Part shown: positions 53,083 through 64,000 of the stretch, piece after piece
Position numbering within the stretch: the first letter of the stretch is position 1
Layout: each line of letters starts with the position of its first letter
Assembly (NCBI RefSeq): GCF_006345805.1
Contig: NC_042999.1
Span: 137,330,001 to 137,394,000 of the forward strand
DNA length: 64,000 nt
Source: Octopus sinensis
Taxonomy: Eukaryota
Direction: 5' to 3'
The notes under the pieces: generated by a model
The model's input: only the letters and a program-made list of their open reading frames with translations
Database searches by the model: none
Told to the model about the DNA's origin: nothing
Made by a program: the position numbers and the translations under genes

Positions 53083-54361
53083 TTCAATCAAAGTGAATCG
53101 TGGTTATATACCATCAGAAAAGAATATTGTATCAACAGCAACAGTAAATATACGCAATAAGTTTGAAATTTTCTCCAAAGTTATGGAAAAGCTGCAAAAT
53201 GGGTAGGCAGTAGAAAGAAACCCATCAGTTGGGAACTAGTTCAACATGTCAACATGCTACAGGCTGTACTGCCCATTGCTGCTCTGGCCCATTCTCTTCC
53301 TATTCTATTGCTACATAATGACTTCTCTGAATAAGCTAGTTGCATATCATCTCCACAGAGGTTTGTCTGACACATCTGTCTCTCCTCTTTTTGTCACCCT
53401 TACTATGTCTTGCCCTTGAGATTTATAACTAATCCCTTTGATTAATTCTTCTTTCCTAGAAAGTGAACTGACATGAATTCCTTTCATACTCATATCTTTT
53501 CCTTCTAATACTTACAGATGTTTAAAATAAACATCGACTGCATCAATCTCCTCCTCAATTTCAAAGAGATTGTGAGGATATTATTGTCACCATCTCTTCC
53601 TCCTGACTAAATCACTAAAAAGTAACGTGTATATATGCAGACATAGCTGTATGGTTAAAAAGCTAGCTTCCCAAACATTTGGTCTTTATATATATATGTA
53701 TGTATGTATGTATTGCTGAAGGATTAAAATATTTTCACAAATATTTTCTCCTGAATTATTTGCTTCATATTGAAATTATTTATACATATATATATATATA
53801 TATATATATTTTAAAAAGGAAAAAGAATGACCTCAATGGTAGTTCTAATCAGTTTAATTTATTATTTTTTAATTTTTTAGTAATATAAATTTTATACTTT
53901 CGTTCATAGATCTAGTAAGTTCTTTGTTAACTTGGGTGGAAAGATATTTTTTTCAAATTCCTTATTAACTTTACTGGAGAAGTTTCTCACATTCGTTGTC
54001 AAACAGATCTGAAGGTTTGGGGTTTGTGATTTTATATATGGGATTTGAGTGTGTTTGGGGTGGGATTGGGGTTTGTTAATCAGTGTGGGAGTGAAAAGGT
54101 ATTGATGAATAAGAGCTGAAAGGAAATAATGAATGGTCAAAACAAGATACTTGATTGGGAGTGGAGTTGGGAGATGGTGGGGTGTTAAAGGAATGTTTTA
54201 TGAAGCCATTTGAATAGTTGACCTTTGGTGAGAAATATAATGGACAGATGTTTTTTCCAAATTTTTTCTCTTAGTAATTTTCTATGTTTTTGGTGTGTGT
54301 CTGGGGTGATGTTTTGATGAGGTGTAAAATACATGTCTTTTGATAAAAATGTTTATTGATT

Positions 54362-54537
54362 ATCTGTCTTTACGTTCTGAGTTCAAATTCCGCCAAGGTC
54401 AACTTTGCCTTTCATCCTTTCGGAGGATAAATTAAGAACCAGTTACACACTGGGGTCGATGTAATCGACTTAATCCCTTTGTCTGTCCTTGTTTGTCCCC
54501 TTTATGTTTAGCCCCTTGTGGGCAATAAAGAAATAAG
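54362..54537 (+). mobile_element. 5'-truncated tRNA-derived SINE (family of 16619)
   Basis: Core and tail ...GCCCCTTGTGGGCAATAAAGAAATAA match the reverse complement of the 16619-16833 copy. Confidence 0.85.
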
Positions 54538-54689
54538 AAATGTTTTTTTTGTATATTGGCTTGGGAAGAGAGGTGGGAGAGATCATGCTAGCTCACATAT
54601 TTACTTCCCTATATATAATAGACAAAAAGTATATATAATCTCTTTCTTTCTCTCTCTCTCTCTCCCTCAAACCCCTCTCTAATTTCATT

Positions 54690-55458
54690 GGTCCTTCTAT
54701 TGCTTCAACTCTACAACCTTTGTCTCATCAAAGTGACATCACCAATCTTAGTCTTTTCTATTGTTGTTGCCACAGAAAGTGCTCTGACCGAATCTTCTCA
54801 TTTAGTTCCAGATTGCTTTATGCCATCTCACCAAACTCAAAACTCATGGCGTCTTCATCCAAATGTTGTTGTGCTTCCACAAATATTGAAGTCTTTCTAT
54901 GATCATAGCTTTCTTTTTCTCGAACTGTCACACTTTGGAACTCTCTTCCATTTCATTGTTTTCCTCTTTCTTATGACCTGAACTTTTTCAAGTCTGAAGT
55001 AAATTCATTCCTTTCACTTTAATTTCTCTTTCATAGTCCCTTACACTAAGTGGCTTCTTGCTTTGTTTGATACTTTCTTATCTATAAAATTTTTAAAAAC
55101 TGTATGACACAATGTGTGAGAAGACCAGTTATTTGTATTATGGGCATAGTCTATGGGTCTCATACATTTTTTGATGACATAATGCAGGAGCAATAACATT
55201 TTCAGATTTCTTCCAGCCACAGAGCATCTTAGTTAGATTCCTTCTCTTCACTTCAGATTTTCCTCCAGAAGGAGTCTATGTCTTCTCATGAAAGAGCTTC
55301 TGTGATGTTTACAGCTCCTCCCCTCATGTTTCTATATGCTGCTGCCTGGTGGTGGTTAAATTTTTTGTTTATTGTTCTTCTCTCAGTTATTCTCTTCTGA
55401 TGTCGGAGTTTTTCACTGACAGCTTTTAGCTCCTGCTTGAGGGTAATCAGTTTGCAAA
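54690..55458 (-). mobile_element. Decayed non-LTR retrotransposon ORF fragment (R4/Dong-like)
   Basis: LKQELKAVSEKLRHQKRITERRTINKKF...AYRNM...DSFWRKI...ALWLEEI resembles the pre-RT region of R4-clade elements; many stops; clade assignment from memory. Confidence 0.5.
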
Positions 55459-55461
55459 TGA

Positions 55462-55774
55462 GTGTATGTATGTATGTATGTATGTATGTATGGATGGATG
55501 GATGGATGGATGGATGGATGGATGTCTTCTGTATGTACATAAGTCCTTATGTCTATCTGTCTGTTTGTCTGTCTGTCTGTATGTATGTATGTCTGTATGT
55601 ATGCATGTATGTATGTATGTATCCATGTATATATGCATATATACATGCCTGTATATATATGTGACTGCAAGTACTGTATGTATGCATGTATGTATGTATG
55701 TATGTATGTATGTATGTATGTATGTATGTATGTATGTATGTATGTATGCATGCATGTATGTATGCATGTATTTA

Positions 55775-55805
<31 letters not shown>

Positions 55806-55812
55806 ATGTATG

Positions 55813-55842
<30 letters not shown>
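55462..55842. repeat. Compound (TATG)/(GATG)/(TCTG)n microsatellite
   Basis: Seen directly; similar blocks at 51290-51368 and 52655-52760. Confidence 0.95.
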
Positions 55843-55843
<1 letters not shown>

Positions 55844-56244
55844 GGGGGTGAAGGTGTATCTAATTGGTTCAGAAAGTCATTTTGCAATCATGAGGTCCCA
55901 AGCCTGATCCCACCATGTAGCATCTTGTGCATGTTGTATTTATATCCTGAGGATGATTCCAGCAAGTGAATGAAATTGTGTCATCAAAGCATGTATAGGA
56001 GCCATAGACTATGCCTATAATACAAATTATTGGTCTTCTCAAATATTCTCAGGACCAGAAAAGAGAAAGCTAATTCGAAGACTACAGATCCAATCTATCA
56101 CTGGAATTGTAAAAATCTGTAAAACTTTCCAGAAGTTTATCATATTTAAATATATATGAGCATGTCTAGATATGCAACTATATGCATGAGAAGACATACA
56201 TAAAACATACAAATCTGTACATACATACATACATACATACATAT

Positions 56245-56482
56245 TTGAGTAGTAGAATGAATTATCTTGTTATGGATAATTCGGTTAACCGATACCTGGG
56301 TAGCAAATTCACATCAGAGAAGACACGTTTGAAGTTACGTGCTTTCGTGTGGAAATTTGTATGTTTTTTTTTTAAATATAAATATATGAAAGAATGGAGT
56401 TGAACGACGAATTAATAAAATTCCTTTATTTTCGACATGTTTCGAAGGCTGCATATTCCTAATTGCGAAGGAATAAGGTGTA
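56245..56482 (-). mobile_element. Penelope-like 3' terminal fragment with a hammerhead 3' half, within (TACA)n
   Basis: Minus strand ...GCAGCCTTC-GAAA-CATG-T-C-GAAAATAAA (palindromic ACATGT stem III, GUC); CpG-rich relative to the flanks; 5' core missing. Confidence 0.5.
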
Positions 56483-56599
56483 TATTATGCCAATACATAC
56501 ATTCATACATTCAAACATACATACATACATACATACATACATACATACATACATACATACATACATACATACTTGCCTGACCAATAATATAACTTTTTC

Positions 56600-57135
56600 T
56601 AACTCTACTACTACTGCAACTAACACCTTTAACACCACATCACTTATACTACTACTACTACTACTACTACTACAACCTCCACTAATACCACCACAACAAT
56701 AACCTCAACTATTACCACCACTACCACCACAACGACAACAAGAACAACAACAGCAACAACAATAGCAATTACTACTACTACTATTACCAGATCAACAACA
56801 GCAACAACATCTACCATTACAACTACTACTATTACAAATACTACTACTACTATTACCATAACCACCACTACAACAACAGCAACTACTACTACCAACTACC
56901 ACCACCACTACTACTACCACCACTGCCACCACAACTACTACTATTACTACTACTACTACTAGTATTATTGTTCCTGCGGCCATCAAAATCATTGTCTCTA
57001 CTATCATCAGCAACATAACTTCGACAACCACAATCATTACCTCCCCCACAATTAATACTGCCACCATCAGCACTTCTTTCCTTCTGTCCATTATACTACA
57101 ATTACTACAAAGACCACCACCATCACTACCACCTG
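56600..57135. repeat. Degenerate (ACT)/(ACC)/(ACA)n trinucleotide tract
   Basis: Seen directly. Confidence 0.9.
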
Positions 57136-57659
57136 TAGGAACAGATCTAACAGTAATGCTGCCGTTACCATAGCAACATTCTATGATATTTGATCACGTT
57201 TCTGATATTTTCCAAATTTCACCCTATTTATTGGCCCTTAGTTTCCACAACACCAATATTAATATTTTGTACAACTACACATGCACCCATATATATATAT
57301 TGTATCTTTTCATTTGTCTTGCTCGCTTACGTTCTGGCATTTCTTGAATTTTCTTGAGAAGAATCTTTTCTTAGTGGTAAGACCATAAGGGGTCTACTTC
57401 TAGCATAATGGATGTCCACTTAGTGGTCATTCCTCTTGTATGTATGTAATATAATTTTTCTGAATCTTCAGTTTTCAATAAGCTAGGCTGCTGGTTTTTG
57501 ATATTAATCAAATTAATATTCAATTTTTCACCCTTATTATTTTAAATTTAAATTTAAATTTATATACATATATAGATAGATAAATAGATAGATAGATATC
57601 ATACATATATATACACACACGCACACACATACATATATATAAATATATATATACACATG

Positions 57660-58160
57660 GTGGCTGCCCCCTTGTTATTGAGTATGGCCATTGCACAAAG
57701 CTTAATCAATGTTGCTATCGTGCAATGCCTGTGCAAGAAGATTTTTTTTTAAAGTGAGGAAAGGCTGTGCACTGAGTCAATCCCACTCACTAAGCAACAG
57801 CAGCCATAATCCAAAAAGAAGAACAAGTCAACATCATCGGTAACCACTGAGCCACAGGTTTTATGTCGGAGTTATCCCAGTTACCTGAGTTACCTTCTCC
57901 TAGAAGGGTGCCCTAACAAAGGCTAGGAGTCCTTCACTCCCAATGGCTTAACCGTGCGATTGGGTATTCAGTCCGATTATTTCTATGTCCCCGCGCATGA
58001 TACAGCCTTAAGACATTTATTGGATGGCCGTTGACTCTCAAGAGTTCCTCCGCCCTTTGACGGGTTTGGTTTTTCATCCCACAGGGTGTTCAATAAACAC
58101 CCACCTCACCAAGCAAGCTTGGTAGGGCTGCCGGTTTAGTCACCAATGACCCGACCATGC
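57660..58160 (-). mobile_element. Non-coding element resembling an RTE 5' UTR (non-autonomous derivative), highly structured
   Basis: GC-richer block between microsatellites; motifs GGTGACTAAACCGGCAGCCC and GGGCACCCTTCTAGGAGAAGGTAACTC resemble RTE 5' UTRs (from memory); several hairpins. Confidence 0.55.
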
Positions 58161-59499
58161 ATACATACATGTGAATGTGTGTGCATTGTGTGTTTGCTGG
58201 TGTTAAATATGTACAATAACTAGAGCGTTGTAAATAATTTCAAGGTTGCAAGCATTTTTCTCCCTCTTCACACTCTCTTTTCTCAGCGTCTGTGTCTTTT
58301 TCAGTCTGTATGTCTGTCTGTCTCTTTTATCCTCCTTCTCCTTCTCTCTCTCTCTCTCCCCTCTCTGACTATATATTTGTGTGTATGTGTCTGAGCATGT
58401 AAATGTGTGTGTGTGTGTGTGTGTGCATATATATACACTTATATATATATATATATACGTACATACATATATATATATATACACACACATACACATGCAT
58501 GCACACACACACACATCACCATTTATGCACACTCTGTAATCTAGCATGGATTGAACAGTTTGATAAAGACCACAATTTGTTCCCAAGGCCTCTGTTTCAG
58601 CTTGATTTCTACAGCTGAATGCCCTTCTTAATGCCAACCACTGTACAATATATACTGGGTGCATTTTGTTTCATAGCAACAACACTTTAGTTATTGTCTT
58701 GTCTACAACAAGATTAAAGAGTCCTCTTAGATCCTACATTGTCTCTGCTCTGTTTGCCAGTCACTTTTTAGTGCGGCAGCTGCTTTTATATTCTGCCAGC
58801 ACTAGTGAAATCACTTTGTAATTTACTGGTTGAAAGATTCTTCTCCACTGAAAGAGAGAATAGAAAAATGAGAAATTAGCTAAGGTGTTAGCAGAAGTTA
58901 CAGTAGGATTGGAGTAATGGGTTTGTCTTTATGGGGTTGTGGAAGTGTTGAGAGTAATGGGCAAGGAGGAGCCAGAGTATATTCTCAAAGTAACATGCCC
59001 AAGAAGTTGAATGGAAGGGAGCATATTAACAAAGGACTCAGAGAGAGTGAGTGAAAGTTGCAAGAATGCAATCCATGCCTTTCTGCTCAAGCATCATGGT
59101 TTGGAAGGATAGATGAAGGAGGAGTAGCAGATAATGAGAGGTAGACATAGGTAGTATTCAGAAAGGGTAAGTGAATATGTGAAGAGTTACTGGGGAGATA
59201 GGAGAGTATCAGAGAGGTACAGAAGGATCAGGGGACTCAGTGTGCACATGTCAAATGATTTTCTCCTAGTCAAGGGTGGATTAGTATGATGAAAAGAGAT
59301 GATGGGGAAATGAGGGTATAAAATAGGTAATGGAGATTGAAGAGACTAAGGAGGTGTAAGAGAATGGAACAGGCTGTTGCAGGGATTAGTGTGTATATTA
59401 CTCTGTTATTTTAGCTGGAATTTCAACAAGCAAGAGGTTGGGTCTTCTACAGCACTATGCATTACTAGTTGACACAGTCCTCAGTCATCTTGGTCAGAT

Positions 59500-60950
59500 G
59501 AAGTACTTTGATATTATTTCTCACCACCTCATCCCAAGTCTTCTCCAGTCTTGCTCTTCCACAGACATCATTCACTTTAAGTGCTCAACATTCATTTTGC
59601 AGCAGTCATCCCAAAAGAACTCATTGCACTCTCTCGCATACTACGTCTGATTCATTTTACACCCAGTTTGTCTCTCAGTTCATTTATGCTTTGTCATACT
59701 TGCACACTAACATGTTATATCCAGTAAAGTATTCTCAGTACATTTATTTCTAGTCTTTGCATGTAATCCACATTCAAGTCCCATGCCTTATTGTCATGTA
59801 GCAGCACATTTTGCACACAAGTATCATACAATCTGCCCTTGATCTTGATGGATAAGCCCTTTGTTGCCAGTAGTTCTTTGAAATTTCTACAGCTTGTTCA
59901 TATTCTGACTAATACACTTTCAGAATACCCATCCCCACTGCTAATTAGGTCACCTAGGTAACAAAAGCTATCAATTACTTCTACAAAGTCATCTGGACAT
60001 TTGAGGAAGTCAATTTTCCAAGCACACTTAGTGCTTATTACGTCAGTGTGCCTGTGGCATATGAAATCTATCATCCTGATAGCCTGCCTGTAATTCCACT
60101 GCACCTCTTATGTGTTCATTGTCTTTGTTGAACACGTCTTATAAAATTTCTACTCACTCCTTTTCTGAAAATAGAGCTTGGCCATTTTTGCACACCACAT
60201 TTGATGCTTCTTATGCCCAACTTTTCTCTCAAGGCACTTACACCCTGTCGTGTATGCACACTGACATTACACATCCAGTGGATCATACTAGCTTCATTTC
60301 TTTCAAGCCTACACATATCCTCAGCAGTCATGACCCATGTTTCACTGCCATGTAGCTTGGCTGTTCGCACACATGCATCATACAGTCCACCTTTCAACAG
60401 AAAGGAATAAGCCCACTTATGCATACCTTTCCTTCATTGGACACTAAACTTTGCTTGCAAAGACCTGTTGAGGCAAGTGAAATTGAAATCAAAATCAAAT
60501 TCGATGACTGGCATCCATGCTAGTGGAGCGCTGAGAGCACCATTCAAACGTGATTGTTGCCAGAGCAGCTGACTGGCTTCCATGCTGGTGGCATGTAAAA
60601 AAGCACCATTCAAGCATGATTGTTACCAGCGTCGCCTTACTGGCACATGAAAAAACATTCGAGTGAGGTCGTTGCCAGTGCCCCCTGACTGACTCCTGTG
60701 CAGGTAGCATGTAAAAAACACCATTTGAGCGTGGCCATTGCTAGTACCGCCTGACTGGCCCTCGTGCTAGTGGCCCATAAAAGCACCCACTGCACTCTCA
60801 GAGTGATTGGTGTTAGGAAGGGCATACAGCTGTAGAAACTCTGCCATATAAGATTGGAGCCTGGTGCAGCCATCTGGTTCGCCAGCCCTCAGTCAAATCA
60901 TCCAACCCATGCCAGCATGGAAAGCGGATGTTAAATGATGATGATGATGA
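59500..60950. mobile_element. Cluster of RTE fragments: two ORF pieces on - (59500-60060, 60180-60400) and a 3' UTR on + (60411-60950)
   Basis: VEVIDSFCYLGDLISSGDG; KGGLYDACVRTAKLHGSETW...LERNEASMIHWMCNV; 3' UTR ending GGATGTTAAAT(GAT)n. Confidence 0.85.
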
Positions 60951-61657
60951 CGCTGACAACAATGACGACGACATTGATGGTCATAACCATCTTCATCACC
61001 ATGAACCACTTACATCATCATCATCACCATCATCATGGCAGCTTGATCACCACTACCTCAATGCCATCATCATTACCATCAGACTCCTTTTGCTTATCCT
61101 GTGAATTAGTCACATTATTTGCCCTGCTTTTCTTCTGTTTCAAAGACATTGTCCCCTTTAGCTTTAATATTGCTATAAATATTTGTCAGTAATTACAGAA
61201 CTTTAATAAATAATTGTAATACCTTGTTAGTTCCAACAAACTTCATGTCAATATTGCAAAACAAACAAAAGAAAAACAAAAAGAAACTATTGGAAAACAA
61301 AACCAAACAACAACTACCACAAAAAAACCTATGATATTCAAATATAAATAAGTATGAGAATCTATTAACTACTGCTACACAACAATACATGACTGATCTG
61401 TACTAATCTTGGCTGTCCTGCTTCTCTAATGCACCAGCTCAACCAATGTTGCTCTTGTTGTTGCTGACTTTTTCTTTCTTGTTCTATCACTATTATTAGA
61501 CATTTGTAAAAAGGTTATCGGTGACTTTCTGTGCTTTTAAGATCATTGCTGCTACAGTCAAGTAAGTACTGAAATAAACCAAGCCAGATGCTATTATAAT
61601 CATTATTATCATTGTTATTGTTGTTATTATTGTTGTTGTTGTTGTTGTTGTTATTAA

Positions 61658-61865
61658 GACGGTGAGCTGGCAGAATCATTAGCAGGCCAGGCGAAATGCT
61701 TAGCGGCATTTCGTCTGCCACTACATTCAGAGTTCAAACTCCACCGAGGTCAACATTGCCTTTCATCCTTTCGGGGTCAATAGATTAAATACCAGTTGAG
61801 TACTGGGGTCGATGTAATCAACTCGCTCCTTCCTCCAAATGTCAGGCCTTGTGCCTATAGTAGAA
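61658..61865 (+). mobile_element. tRNA-derived SINE
   Basis: Same head and core as 40556. Confidence 0.88.
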
Positions 61866-62812
61866 ATGATAATGATGATGATGATGATGACAACAATGAC
61901 AACGACAACGAGGGGGAGGCAGGGGAAGAGGAGGATTTCTTTTGTCACTAAGGTAACAGATGAGAGTGACAATTACAAAGACAGGCAAAAGGTGTGGGGA
62001 TTTGCACAGAAAATCAAATGAGCAAAAAAAAAAATGAAATAAAAGTATACGTGATAAATAAATAATGAAGGATGATGATGCAGTCCTCCTGATAACCTCA
62101 ATCTAAATCTGATCAAGGAATTCCACAGATTCAAGATCACCTTGAATACCTCGGGTAAGTGTACTTTCCAACTCATTCTCTGACCTATAGGTATCCTATT
62201 TGCCTTCACGATTTTGCACCTTACACCCTCCTCACTTGAGGGCAGCCCTTCTGTAGCCCTTCTACTTACCTGCACCTTCATTTTCATCTAAAACTTGAAA
62301 AAGTCAATGAGGGCTAAGCCAAAAACAAAAGTGTTTGTCTTGAATTTTTCAGCTCTATTTAATTCACAATCTCTTTCACCATAGCCACCAGATAGAAGAA
62401 AACTACCCTCTCTGCCTGGTTAAAGGAAGACAGCTGGACAATCACCACAATGAACTTGGTCAATAGCTGTATCTGTCCCACACATGACCGCAGTTTATCA
62501 ACGTTGACAAGTCAGCAACACTCAGACATTGAACATATTGAGGGAATTAATTGAACTGAACTCAGAATATAAAGTAACATAACTAACAATTACCAATACA
62601 GTTTGTCTGTTGCTCTACTAATTCTGGTTATCCAGTTTCTAACATGGGTACCAGATTACAAATTTCAAGCAAGGGAAAAGTTGATTTGATTGCCCATCTC
62701 CCTTCAGTATTTGATTAGTGTTCTAAAAGGATGAAAGGCAAAAATCAAATATAGAAAGATTTGAACTTAGAACATGAATTACCACAAGGTATTTTGTCCA
62801 GTGATCTACTGT

Positions 62813-62847
<35 letters not shown>

Positions 62848-63681
62848 GGAGAGTGATGGCAGCAGTGAGGGCAGTAGTGGCAGTGCTGGCACCAGTGATG
62901 ATAATTGTAACGGTGGTGGTGCTGATGAAGAAGGAGAAGGAGGAGAAACAGTGACCGTTGACCGTGAGACAGCAGCGGCAGCAGCAGTAGCAGCAGCAAT
63001 GGTAGCAGTGGTGATGGCAGTGGTGGCAGCAGCAGTTGTGATGATGATGGCAGCAGTGGTAGTGGTGGTGGTACTGTGGTGATAGCGCTGATAATGAAGG
63101 GAATGACGATTTCTAGGCTGGGTACAAAACAATTAATTACAACAACAAACTGCACCGCCTTCACCACCACTACCACCACTTCCACAAAGCTAAAATTCAC
63201 TACAGTATATATTATATACAATGTATATTATTAGTACTTATTACTTCACTGAGACCAGAAGAGTGAAAGGCCAAGTCACCTCATATTTGAATGAGAAAAG
63301 AAGTAGAGATGGACAAGAAAAAGAAACAGAAGCACTGAGATAGATACGGAAAAGGCCAGACACAGACAGGCAGGCAGATATGTAGGTGTGTAAGCAAGTA
63401 AGTAAATAGATAGATAGAAGAATATCAAAATGTTACATGTCTAAATGGCAATATACTATGTTTATCAGTACAACAATTTGCGAAATAAAAAGAATAGTTC
63501 AAAAGTGTAGTCATAACTTATTGTGTGTGCGTGTGTGCGCGCGTGCGTGCGTGCGTGCGTGCGTGTGCGCGTGTGTGCGTGTGTGCGTGCGTAAGTTGAA
63601 ATTTGCACTATGTACAGTGAAATCTGGAATGATTATTTACATTTTTATTCTTAACACATCTAGAAAGGTTCAGCTGCAAAA

Positions 63682-63962
63682 TATGCTGGTCACTATAATA
63701 TACTTCTAAAGAGAATATCTTTTTCCTTTTTATAACAACAGCATGTTCAACAAACTCAGCTCATTGACACATGGCATTCTTGGATGCCAGTGTTTCAACA
63801 TATTGTGTCTCATCAGTTCCAGTTACTTCTGACTGACAAGACACAATATGTTGAAACACTGGTGTCTCAGAATGGTGTGTCCCAATACGCTGAGTGTGTT
63901 GAATATACTGTTGTCATAAAAGGAGAAGTTGTTCTAGAAAGTATGCAGTAGTGACCAACATA
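63682..63962. mobile_element. Fold-back element F (~130-bp arms with head-to-head hammerheads)
   Basis: Imperfect palindrome centred near 63824; outer ends TATGCTGGTCACTA / TAGTGACCAACATA. Confidence 0.8.
63827..63872 (+). ncRNA. Minimal type I hammerhead, all stems present, G8 to A core change
   Basis: TTCTGA-CTGACAA-GACA(CAATA)TGTT-GAAA-CACTGGTG-T-C-TCAGAA; the partner on - keeps CTGATGA at 63810-63816. Confidence 0.75.
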
Positions 63963-64000
63963 CAGGAGTTGGACAAAATAATGGAAGCACCTTAAAATTT
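63963..64000. mobile_element. Start of another Tc1-like copy (runs off the window)
   Basis: TA + CAGGAGTTGGACAAAATAATGGAAGCACCTTAAAATTT, nearly identical to 25706-25743. Confidence 0.9.

Noticed and set aside
55413-55907. MYVC/HTYI-repeat ORFs (also near 36.2, 52.6 and 56.5 kb)
   Set aside because: Translations of (TATG)n tetranucleotide repeats
62745-63221. 158-aa minus-strand ORF
   Set aside because: Degenerate trinucleotide repeat with no domain signal

Overview
AT-rich eukaryotic (animal) genomic DNA. The repeat landscape (RTE LINE tails ending in (GAT)n, tRNA-derived SINEs, dense (TA)n/(TACA)n/(CA)n microsatellites) resembles an octopus/cephalopod genome; this is recognition from memory, not a database result. 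Only one host coding segment is well supported: a + strand terminal exon at 8517-8929 encoding a Ser/Tyr-rich tail with PPxY and NPxY motifs, followed by a ~2.4 kb 3' UTR and a poly(A) signal at 11307. The rest is intron or intergenic DNA filled with decayed transposons: two mariners, Tc1 copies, a Chapaev-like transposase fossil split by a mariner, two non-autonomous Helitrons, a piggyBac-like MITE, RTE and R4-like LINE pieces, SINEs and a Penelope-like GIY-YIG fragment. The main observation is a set of seven fold-back elements with no evident sequence similarity to each other (12.25-13.07, 27.7-28.0, 28.0-28.5, 28.5-29.2, 30.9-31.3, 42.4-42.6 and 63.7-64.0 kb). Each carries one or two complete or partial minimal type I hammerhead ribozyme motifs, most with a palindromic stem III, and most sit next to (TA)n tracts. 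They look like short Penelope-type pLTR/hammerhead retroelements, and only one of them retains coding sequence. Almost all ORFs in the supplied track are microsatellite or repeat artefacts.
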